Part shown: positions 24,336-34,697 of the stretch, piece by piece
Layout: every line of letters starts with the position of its first letter
Numbering within the stretch: position 1 is the first letter of the stretch
NCBI RefSeq assembly: GCF_001194135.2
Contig: NC_068994.1
Coordinates: 44,537,933-44,601,932, forward strand
Length of the DNA: 64,000 bases
Source: Octopus bimaculoides
Taxonomy: Eukaryota
Direction: 5' to 3'
Notes under the pieces: model-generated
What the model was told of the DNA's origin: nothing
The model's input: only the letters and a program-made list of their open reading frames with translations
The model's database searches: none
Made by a program: the position numbers and the translations under genes

Positions 24336-25718
24336 TAGCATCAACATGAGAAAATATTCCTTCCAATGTCAGAACGTGAACGGAAAAGGGAAAATTAAGA
24401 CAAGTATGAATAATTTCCTTCATTTCAATACAATGTTGAATTCAGCTTCAATGTTTTATAACCTGAACTGTCAGTGACCCAAAGGAGCCGTTTACGTGTG
24501 ATATCGATGTCACATTCGTTGAAAGTATGCGAAATAACCTGGAAAAAAAACACGAAACAAAACTGGTGGAAAACTCAGAGTTTCCCGGCAAACTCCGAGG
24601 TCCCCACAACCCCTCCCTCTTCTTTTCCGGAAGAAGGTGGCTTGCAGTGGGCTTGGAGGTGAGATACGTTGAATGCACTCGAAAACACCTGTGGAAAAAA
24701 ATCATTTCACACCGAAGTACGAACGGGTCCATTACGAAATATTTACCCAAGATCGGGACAGGCGTACGAATAGAAGGGTCGATGAGACTGATAAAGCAAG
24801 GGCTGAACAAGTGGCGGAACAGATGGAAAGAGACAGAAGCAGGGGAGATCAGGAATCAGACACTGCCACTGTAAGGGATGTTTCTACTGTGGAGTTGGTG
24901 GTGATTTAGTATCATGCTTTTACTTGTGCATTGAGACCCTGGAAGATTAGTGAAAGGACAGTCACACATCAGACATAATATTTTGTGTTAAGAATAGCAA
25001 CAGATTTTAGGATTCCAGGTTACATGTGTAGAAGTTATTACGTGTGGTTTAGTATTTAGTGGTGGTGGTGGTGGTGGTGTAAGATGTGTGCTTTGGCGTT
25101 GGCTGGTATTGTTTGTATGAATTGTGCATTTTGTCCCAGGCAAATGGATGAAGTTACGGTCTTTGCATATGCACAGTCTCTCGCGTTGAGAATAGTGGCA
25201 TATTTTCGGGTTTCGTGCGTTCATAATTCTACTTTATTTACGGTTGGCAGATTTATCATGGAGCTGTCAGGTATACATTCAGATTGAAGTGGACAGTGGA
25301 TGGGGGTAAGGAGTGATCCTTTACTAACTGGAACAGAAGTAGTAGTAATGGTAGTAGCACTAGAACAGGATGACAATGATGGACCTCGTGATATTCTGGG
25401 GGAAAAAATTGAGTGGCCTAGCTGTGAAGAAGAGCGAGAGATCTTGTTGTTTAATAGTTCATCAATTGTTCTAGTATTAAAGAATGTCTTCCAATGCTGA
25501 CTTTGTGATAAGAGTAGTAGCAGTAGAGCACGATAACAGTGATGATTACGAGTCACTTGAGGTAATTCGAGGCAACGAGGAAGTGGATAGCGCTCTTGAT
25601 TGTGGAATTTAATATCTCATCAATTGTGCTAGTATTGAGGAGTGGCGTGATTGTTGTTGTTGTCATTATATATATATATATATATAATCTGTAAAAATAT
25701 GTTACACTTATTCGGTAG

Positions 25719-25786
25719 CCATGATAAAACTCCGAGTTTCGGATGCCGGGATGGGAACCCACGCCGCCATCTCTTCAGTTATTTGG
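25719..25786 (-). ncRNA. minimal type-I hammerhead ribozyme motif (Penelope-like)
   Basis: Minus strand: AUAA|CUGAAGA (25778-25772)|GAUGGCGG…CCGGCAUC(C)|GAAA (25740-25737)|CUCGGAG|UU↓UUAU. Confidence 0.65.
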
Positions 25787-26537
25787 CCATTGAAAATTCC
25801 TGTCCAGATAACTGAAGAGATGGCNNNNNNNNNNNNNNNNNNNNNNNNNNNNNNNNNNNNNNNNNNNNNNNNNNNNNNNNNNNNNNNNNNNNNNNNNNNN
25901 NNNNNNNNNNNNNNNNNNNNNNNNNNNNNNNNNNNNNNNNNNNNNNNNNNNNNNNNNNNNNNNNNNNNNNNNNNNNNNNNNNNNNNNNNNNNNNNNNNNN
26001 NNNNNNNNNNNNNNNNNNNNNNNNNNNNNNNNNNNNNNNNNNNNNNNNNNNNNNNNNNNNNNNNNNNNNNNNNNNNNNNNNNNNNNNNNNNNNNNNNNNN
26101 NNNNNNNNNNNNNNNNNNNNNNNNNNNNNNNNNNNNNNNNNNNNNNNNNNNNNNNNNNNNNNNNNNNNNNNNNNNNNNNNNNNNNNNNNNNNNNNNNNNN
26201 NNNNNNNNNNNNNNNNNNNNNNNNNNNNNNNNNNNNNNNNNNNNNNNNNNNNNNNNNNNNNNNNNNNNNNNNNNNNNNNNNNNNNNNNNNNNNNNNNNNN
26301 NNNNNNNNNNNNNNNNNNNNNNNNNNNNNNNNNNNNNNNNNNNNNNNNNNNNNNNNNNNNNNNNNNNNNNNNNNNNNNNNNNNNNNNNNNNNNNNNNNNN
26401 NNNNNNNNNNNNNNNNNNNNNNNNNNTAACAAAAAACTGTTCATCGGACAGTTTTGTTTTCTAACAAAACGTGAAACTCCGAGTAACAGTTTTTTGTTAT
26501 ATTTCTGCTGCTTTTAAATAAAGTATATATATATAAA

Positions 26538-26585
<48 letters not shown>

Positions 26586-26747
26586 GGGTAAAGCTGGATT
26601 ACTCGTAACACACGTGGCTATTTGAGGATAAATTCGTGTTCTCATTCGGTTGTATATTTTGGGATGTGTTGGTTAAATATCAGTTATGCGATGACGCTTG
26701 ATCGCATACATATTTAATTCTAACACTCTCAAATCTATATTTGAAAT

Positions 26748-26815
26748 GCTGCACTGAAGAGGTGAAATAAGTAAGTAAATATAACTTTACTTCAATCCCG
26801 AAACGCGTATGTAGC
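26748..26815 (+). ncRNA. minimal type-I hammerhead ribozyme motif with intact core
   Basis: GCUGCA|CUGAAGA|GG…AAGUAAA/UUUACUU…CC|GAAA|CGCG|UA↓UGUAGC; 6-bp stem I, palindromic ACGCGU stem III, GUA cleavage triplet. Confidence 0.8.
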
Positions 26816-26993
26816 TAATCTAAGTCATGTGGATTCGTTATTTTTCTCTTTGCCTACGTAAAAAAAAGTGTGTTACTGTCTGGGAGATATCTATGGTAGC
26901 GGAAAAGGTATTTTAACTGGTATTTCTAAATTCGGTGGGTGGCGAAGCAATTAGCTGACCCCTGATTATAATTATGCTTATAATTATAGAATA

Positions 26994-26994
<1 letters not shown>

Positions 26995-27038
<44 letters not shown>

Positions 27039-27076
27039 TATGTATGTATGTATGTATGTATGTATGTATGTATGTA
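26995..27076. repeat. (TG)n and (TATG)n microsatellite
   Basis: Visible. Confidence 0.95.
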
Positions 27077-27589
27077 TAACAGTTAATTTTCGGTGATGTA
27101 TCAGTGTTAATAAGAAATCAGGATATCTTTTATGGTTACATTTAACAGATCGAAATTGTTTGAATATTTTTTTTTTTTTGAAATAGAAAAAAATGTGGGG
27201 TGGAAGTTTATATTAATTTTCATAGTTCTTAAAGTGGACGGGAAGCAATAAAGTATAAGATAATGGCAGAAGATAAAAAGACAATGTTCATGTTAAAACG
27301 ACAATGTTTAAAACAGAAACAATACTCAAGAAAATATATATACAATATCGATAATTAACATAATAAGGTAAAAAAAAATTGATATTAACTAATATCAATT
27401 TAATACCAGGAAACCAGCACGTTAAAAGGATCAGAAGATTCAGAAAAAATTTTCTGAGATCTCAAAAGGATTATAGATAACCGAGGTTATTTATAACCTC
27501 GGTTTTTGCTTCGCTGGTTTTTGCTCCGAGGTTTTTGCTCCGCTGAATTTTCTTTGAGAATCTTTAAGTGATCTTTTATATACAATATT

Positions 27590-27632
27590 GACAGACAGAC
27601 AGACAGACAGAAAGGCAGACAGACAGACAGAC

Positions 27633-27674
<42 letters not shown>

Positions 27675-27675
27675 G
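27590..27675. repeat. (GACA)n(GATA)n microsatellite
   Basis: Visible. Confidence 0.95.
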
Positions 27676-27879
27676 TGTGTGTACGAGTGAGTGGACGAAT
27701 GAAAGAGGTGTTACATATTATTTAGAATGGTTTGATTCGACCCCAATGCAACGCAAAGTCTTACAGAAGCCTAATTCGTCGAGTATCTCTACATTCGGTT
27801 AACTGAGCCAAAAGAACTAGGATTCTGTAAAACTTTGAGCCTAAAACTTTGAGTCGCATGGACCGAATCAATATACATA

Positions 27880-28098
27880 CAGAGTGTTCAAAAAGTCTCT
27901 CCGCAGTGATTTTTTTCATGCACATCACCATGGCGCTACTTCGGTAAACGGATTATTTCGAAGAAACTTTGGCTACTAAGATCACCTGATTTAATACCGC
28001 CAGACTTTTCTTTCTGGAGTGCAATTAAAGAATCAGTGTACAAGAATCGCCCGAAGACCATTTAATACTTACTGCAGAGAGACCTTTTTAACACCCTA
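27880..28098 (+). mobile_element. Tc1-superfamily deletion derivative with about 28-bp TIRs, TA flanks and a transposase scrap
   Basis: ta|cagagtgttcaaaaagtctctccgcagt … actgcagagagacctttttaacaccct(a)|ta; internal FGKRIISKKLWLLRSPDLIPPDFSFWSAIKESVY (decayed WPPRSPDL.P.DF.LWG.LK..VY). Confidence 0.85.
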
Positions 28099-28120
28099 TA
28101 TATATATATATATATATATA

Positions 28121-28432
28121 GTGAAGGCGCGTAGCTTAGTGATTAGGGGCAATCGACTCACGATTATAAGGTCGTGAGTTCAATTCCGGGCGATGCGTTG
28201 TGTCCTTGAGCAAAACACTTTATTTCCCGTTGTTCCAGCCCACTCAGCTGGCAAAAATGAGTAGCGCCTGTATTTCAAAGGGGCCAGCCTTATCACAATC
28301 TGTGTCACGCTGAATCTCCCTGAGAACTACGTTTAGGGTACACGTGTCTGTGGTGTGCCTACCCACTTGCACGTTAATTTCACGAGCAAGCTGTTCGGTC
28401 GATCGTATCAGCTGGGACCCTCGTCGTCGTAA
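28121..28432 (+). mobile_element. SINE family A (short form): tRNA head, CORE-like block, family A tail
   Basis: gtgaaggcgcgtagcttagtg…gagttcaattcc, tgtgtccttgagcaaaacactttattt…cactcagctggcaaaaatgagt, then a tail shared with the long form. Other copies at 36355-36640(-), 30960-31125(-) and 59120-59440(+). Confidence 0.85.
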
Positions 28433-29499
28433 CATACACACATACATACATGTGTGCGTTGTGAATGTGCACCAGAAACATCCACTTGCTTTATATTATA
28501 CTCAGAAGAAATTATAAAAGCCACTCACACGTTATTTTAAAATGCATTAATGTGAAAAAGATTCGTTTGTTACAATAGAAACGAAAAATTGCCAGTGACA
28601 AATAGACCCAAAGAAGATATTTTTTAAGGGTAATTTCAAAACATATATTAGCAGAAATCGTTTTTTTTTTTTATACTCGTGTCGCAAATATAGATATTAA
28701 TCAAAACACATTAAGAATTTAATCCCCAAGACAGACCACTCAGCAAGAAAATAGTTAGAAATACAAACCTATCCAAATGAATATAAACATAAATATATAA
28801 ATACACAAATAACAAGTGATGTTTCCTCATTTCCAGGGCCAGATGAAAGTAAAAGTGTTTACCTTGTCGAAAGTTAAGCTGAATTTTCCTAGAAAATGGA
28901 ATTATTAAGGATCGAGTGTTGATGTAAAAAATTAAATGAATTAACGGAAGAATTCAAATAATTTCCATAATGAACAGTAGATTAGATAATAACATAAAAC
29001 ATCCTGTTTGCCATTTTCATTCTCTAATAAGTATCTATTTATTTTATTTCGTATCATGCATTTCCGTCAATTCGGACAGCTACTAGACACATCCTCTACG
29101 GACATCCGTTGTAAAAAAAAATTATAGACTTTTGATTAAATACATGTAATAAACCATTTGAATCCCTTACAAGACAAAATATTTAAACATATTTAACTGA
29201 AAAATTTTTTTTATCTATTAATAACCAACATGGAATGCTGCCAAAACACTCACAATTACTCAAGTACAATCTTGATTAGACACTTCAACAAAATAGATAT
29301 TATTAGCTATAATAATAATAATTATTATTATTATTATTATTATAAATTCTATTATTAGCCACAATGGTTCTCATAAAATAACATTAAAAGACATGCAACA
29401 ACATAAAAGACAAAAACAGGACGATACAAAGGGATTTTTCTGCGTATAAACCATATAAATAACAGCTAAAAATTAAACAAATTAAACTCCTAATAGGGG

Positions 29500-29760
29500 A
29501 GGCGCTTTAAGGTCCTCGTGGAAAACCCACAAAAGCCACGGGTGCCTGAACAACAGGGCAAGAGCCTTTCTCCCTTTCGTTTTACAGGTGCACGCTCAGA
29601 ATTGGTCCTTTCGCACTGGGCATTCTTCCAACATTCACCCACCTTTCAACAAACTTGTCTCAACAAACTCCACCCTCAACTTCCTTTTCAAGTGAAACTT
29701 GAAAAAGTTGATGAGGGCTTGGCCAACGAGGAAGGTGTCTGTCTTTAGCCCTTTCAAACG
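29500..29760 (-). mobile_element. L1/Tx1-type LINE 3' end fragment
   Basis: Minus: LINFFKFHLKRKLRVE…VERWVNV; homologous to 30107-30190(+). Confidence 0.5.
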
Positions 29761-29768
29761 GCAAAGAA

Positions 29769-30107
29769 ATAAACATGAAATTTGGCTTAGAAAATTGTGC
29801 CAAAGCAACTTTGAAAAGAGGGAAACTGGTTTCAGAGTAGCAACATTACACTAGATAAAGCAAATGAAATAAGAGAATTAGACCAAAACCAGACATACAA
29901 ATACTTAGGAATCAATAAACTAGATTCGATACAACACACACAAACGAAAGAGAAGATAGGAAAAGAACACTAAAGACGAGTTAGAATAATAGTGAAAACA
30001 GAGCTCAATGCGAAAAACAAGATAATAGGTATCAACACTCTAGCCGTACCAGTTATAAGTTACAGTTACAATATTCTTATCTGGACTCTAAATGAATTAA
30101 TCAAAAT
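29769..30107 (+). mobile_element. R4/Dong-clade non-LTR retrotransposon RT C-terminal fragment
   Basis: INMKFGLENCAKATLKRGK…QTYKYLGI…TELNAKNKIIGINTLAVPVISYSYNILIWTLNEL fits the 'M.FGL.KC…YKYLG…L.AKNKI.AIN..A.PV..Y…W…EL' pattern. Confidence 0.75.
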
Positions 30108-30510
30108 CGTTTATTGAAAGGTGGGTGAAAGTTGCAAAAATGGCAAGAGTGGATGGTATCTCTCTAAGTGTAGACCTGTGAGTCGGAGAGAAGGAATTGG
30201 AGAGGGCACTTACTCGTAGGGTTTCAGGGAAATCTCAGACAGTGGAGTTCCTCGATTATTCCTAGAGGCCTTCCTGTATCAGGAGGGCCACATCTCTATC
30301 ATCCTCCCCGCCATTTTTCTAGTTTTTATTTTTATTCTTTTTATTTACCTTTGTATGATATGCGTATATCCCTTCTTTTTCAGTGTATATCGTGTATACT
30401 TACTGTTTTTTTATCATTTCATTATTATATGTAAACCCCCACACTTTGTCTGTCTCTGTATTGCCCCCCTCATCCTTCGCCCTTGTGACAAATAAATGAA
30501 ATCATTATTA
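30107..30510 (+). mobile_element. L1/Tx1-type LINE 3' end with 3' UTR and AATAAA
   Basis: FIERWVKVAKMARVDGISLSVDL*, then a T-rich UTR ending …gtgacaaataaatgaaa. Confidence 0.5.
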
Positions 30511-31159
30511 CTATTATTATTATTAATTTTTGCACATGACGAGCAACTTTGAGGGGAGGGTCTCAGTTGATGACATCGACCCCAGTACTTGATTGGTGTT
30601 TTATTTAATCGACCCGAAAAGGATGAAAGACAAGGTTGGTTTCGGCGGGGTAATTTCCTTGTAGCCTAGAAATACCGTGTTGGCCTCCGACGGAGCAACA
30701 GGTATCTCGATAAAAAAAACACTGATGATTGCGCTGTTTTACACCGGTAGTAATCTCAAGAATGAATGGAACATAAAATGAAAACTTTTCAAATAATGGT
30801 GAATACAGAATTAGAAGCAATAGTGAAAGTGCCACGCCTGGCAGAAGTAATGCGGAAAAGGCAGGCGTCTCGGTGCCATCACCCTGCGACTGCCAAAGTA
30901 AACGGAAGAACAGACATGCCAAAAGAACTAAACTAGTTGGTGATGAAGTGCTATGCTATACTGGCACTTCGTTGGTTACAATGACGTGGGTTCCAATTGA
31001 TCCGATCAACGGAAGTCTGCTCATGAAATTAAGGTGCAAGTGGCCGAGAACTCCACAAACACGTGTAACCTTAACGTGCTTTTAGGGAAATTCAGCGTCA
31101 CGGAGAATGCGACAAGGCTGGCCCCTTAAAAGAAAGCTTACCTATTGATAGGTGTAGCA

Positions 31160-31450
31160 GTAGTATGTCCCTTTGATATCAAAATAACTGAAAAGGAAAC
31201 AGATAAGATTGGTGGATACCATTGCTTGCGGATTTAGGTTGCAAGAATGTAGTACTGCAGCAAAGTCTGAATCATTCTTATCATAGAAGGATCACTTGGT
31301 ACAACGAGACCAGCAGACTGGAAAGATGAGTGGAGAAAATTGGAATTGAAATCAAAACATCACTACTTCGAAAAGCTTGTTTCTTAGGGACGGGGAGAAT
31401 CATACGGTTACCTGAGGTCACAGGAAGTAACTTGATACCAAGAAAATTGA
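31160..31450 (+). mobile_element. R4-type restriction-like endonuclease tail fragment
   Basis: DIKITEKETDKIG.Y…GSLG…LRKACFLGTGRIIR resembles REL-domain ends (KE.EK..KY…Q.A.LLGTARILR). Confidence 0.55.
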
Positions 31451-31699
31451 CCGGCTAAATTACATTTGAAAAGCTGTGATAAAGAAGATAACAACAGTAG
31501 CAATATTATTGTAGATATTCTGAACGTCAGTTTGAATTCAAATTACAATCTCTTGAACAGATACGAATCAAGCTAAATTAATTAACAAACGATATTATTC
31601 TACGTTTGGCGACAGGTTTCCTCAATTTCGAGACATGCTATCACCAAACCTCAAATTAGTATGTAATAGCTTTTGTTGAATAATACTAGTACATTGTTT

Positions 31700-32115
31700 T
31701 GTAATGTTATCATGTAAATTGCTTTGTTTTGGTATAAAAGATGGGCTACAGCAAATATTCTGCTCAATACCACAGATTTGCTTGTCAGTTGTTTGTCGAT
31801 AACCAGTTGAGCATGTCCCTTAGTGGCTGACGATATGTGCATCTCTGATCACAAGCAGAAGTAGTTGGGGAGCATCACAGTCATGTGTTGAGAGAAATTA
31901 TTTGGGGTTTGGATAATTCACCTCCGGAAACATGGGTGTTTCGTTCAACATCTTTAAACAACCCTTATTCAGGCAGCTTTTGTGCGGGATGGGCTACTCG
32001 ACCTGAAGAAAAATTCTAACTGGTCCCCACCTGCAAGGTCATGGGCTGTTAATCTTTATATGAGATCACTTTGATGGCATGCACTGCTCTCTCAATAATA
32101 ATAATAATAATAATA
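31700..32115 (+). mobile_element. interspersed repeat ending in (AAT)n, putative retroposon 3' end
   Basis: GC-richer block than its flanks, ending ctctctcaataataataataataataat; single copy in the window. Confidence 0.4.
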
Positions 32116-32116
32116 A

Positions 32117-32450
32117 TCCTTTCTATTAAAGGCCCAAGACCTGAAATTTTGGGGAAGGGACTAGTCGATTACATCAGCTCCAGTGTTTCACTGGTACTTA
32201 ATATATCGACCCCGGAAGGATTAAAGGCAAAATCGACCTCGGCGGAATTTGAACTCAGAACGTAAAAACGTTTTTAAGCATTTTGACCGACGTGCTAAGG
32301 ATTCTGCCAGCTCGCCGGCAATCCTGAAATCTTGGGGAAGGAGATAGTCGATTATATCGACCCAGTGCTCAACTGGTACTTATTTTATCAACCCCAAAAA
32401 GGATGAAAGGCAAAGTTGACCTCGACAAAATTTGAACTCAGAATGTAAAC
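32117..32450 (-). mobile_element. two adjacent SINE family C copies
   Basis: Duplicated gaaat(t/c)ttggggaaggga…tcgatta…ctcaactggtactta…ggatgaaaggcaaa…gaactcagaa blocks. Confidence 0.75.
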
Positions 32451-34371
32451 AGCCGTAGCAAATAAGAATTATGTCATATCTTACTGCCTCTCAGACTGGA
32501 CTTGTATTACGTAAGTTCTTGGGCGCTACAACAGCTGACCGTCAGTGAATAAACTACATTCTCAATTTTTCTATATAAAAATAGTGAATTGAGACATTTC
32601 AGTAAAGTATTTGATGAATTTATCTTTTTATATATACAGAAAGAAATATTTGCTTCAGACAGATACATTAATGTTTATTCTCGACACTGAACCTTTTATC
32701 ATTTTATCATTAGATCCTGTCGTTATTTGAAATATGAATGGCACTGACATAGAAATAAGAGGAACAACTGTTGTATTACGTGATAAAAATACATTAGCAT
32801 ATTTATTTCAGTGTTACATAGACAAGCTCTTATAAAGAGGACATTTATTCAGCTTATGAATATATTAACACTGAAATTCATACCCATGAAATTTGGGTTA
32901 ATCCTACGTGCATTAAATCACGTTCGATCAGCGAATCACGTAACTTTTTTCTGAGAGCAGTTTTTGCATCTGAACTTCTGGTGAAAAGTCTTTGGGCTTC
33001 CAATATAAAATAAATAAATAGATGAATAAATAAATAAAACTGTATAAATCGGGAGACTTGATCGAGAAAAGGCAACCATTTAGAAAGAAAACAGAACTGA
33101 GCTGCTAACTCAATATTTTTAAATCGCCGTCAAGCAGAAAATAACCCATTAAGTTTTCTTTCAAATTCGTATAGCGTAAGTTATATAGATTTTTATCATA
33201 TATATCGCTTTATTAATCAAATTTAACGGTAGTTGGTTTATAAATTATGTACGAAGCGTAGTTTACAAAAGAGTGAATTTCATTAGTTTCGGAAAAGTTG
33301 ATCTAAAAGACGAGCGCATCCCAGTTGTCAAAAGGTTCATAAAACCGTAAGTGTAAAAAGGTTCACGAAAAATACAATTTTAAAATTAAATTAATCATAG
33401 TTCCACTGAGTGGCACTTAGGGCAAGTGTCTTCTACCTTATAGCGCCGGGCTAATCAACGGCTTGTGAGCGAATATGCTTGGCGGAAACTGTGTGGAAGC
33501 CCATCCTATATTCGTGTGTGTTGTGGATCTTGCAGGCATGAAGTGGATTCGATCCTAGATAGCCAAATTTAAATTAACACTTCAACAGAACTTTTCTCAC
33601 GGTGGAACGATGGTTTTTCAGTGACAGCAGTTTTACATATACCAGATGCCTTTAGCTAGGCCTCATCTGACAATCCCCTCATCAGGATGATTACACATAA
33701 TACGAAAAAAAAAATACAGAAATACAAATTATGCAATTACACACCAGCCACTCGATTGTTTTCAAGTGGCTAATGAGGGGAGTGTTAGTTTTTTAAAATA
33801 TGAAATATATATCATATTACTTGACACGTCTCCGAAACGGTCCGTAATTGGACCTTCTAAATCTTTGTAATATTTTCGTGGTATTTTAGTACGTCTTTTT
33901 AATGTTTTATCGTATCAAATTTTAATTACACCAATGTATTGTAACCTTTAAATTTAAAATTCACTGTGTTTTATATATCATATCGATATTTATCCATTTA
34001 TATGTATTTTTATATTTATATGTATTTTTATATATTTTTATATTTATATTATTTGGAATTTTTATATCGATTTTATTAACGTAGAAGAATATACATATAT
34101 ATTGGATTTTGTGTGTGGTTATTGATTATGTTCCTCTTGTTTCCGCTTGCAATGCCTCCACTCGGATTATTAAACGGAATATAGCTCACTTGGAACACAA
34201 CTCCAGTCTGTATTTTATTTGCGAGTATTGTTAATATTAACAATCTCAAAATAAAGCAGTGTATTTTATGTGTGTATGTATGTACGTATGTATGTTTGTG
34301 TGTGTGTGTGTGTGTGTGTGAGTGTATCTTTGTGTTTGACCTCCCCCATAGCTTGACAACAGATGTTGGTT

Positions 34372-34697
34372 TACAGTTCTATATTTAAGAGATGAGGAAT
34401 TATGTACATTATTTACATTTGACGGGTATTTGTCCTCATCTTGTTTGTTGCCTGGAATCGAACTCGGAATCTTGGGTTTAGTAGCCCGCGCTCTTAACCA
34501 CTAGGCCATATGCCCGTGGGCATAATAAAAATAATAATAATAATAATAACAACATCAAAAAATACCTTAGGAATGAGAACCCAGATTCGAAATTTCCCCA
34601 AGACACCTGATGAAGGCTGGAGGATATATCAGCCAAAAACGTTGTGTTAACAACAAACAAGATGAGGACAAATATCTGTCAAATGTAAATAATGTAA
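34372..34697. mobile_element. 326-bp insertion with tRNA-derived head, hammerhead motif and 46-bp inverted arms; 9-bp TSD
   Basis: TSD atgttggtt at 34363-34371 and 34698-34706, inside a family B SINE. Inverted repeat 34405-34450 / 34651-34696 (2 mismatches). A/B boxes on minus 34510-34451. Hammerhead motif 34602-34648. Confidence 0.8.
34602..34648 (+). ncRNA. hammerhead ribozyme motif with mutated GAAA (AAAAA)
   Basis: GACAC|CUGAUGA|A|GGCUG-GAGGAUAUAU-CAGCC|AAAAAC|GUU↓GUGUU. Confidence 0.65.

Noticed and set aside
26441-26447. TCATCGG as a locally inverted hammerhead core (reverse complement CCGATGA)
   Set aside because: Explained more simply as part of the inverted copy of tccgagtaa; a 7-nt near-match is not significant.
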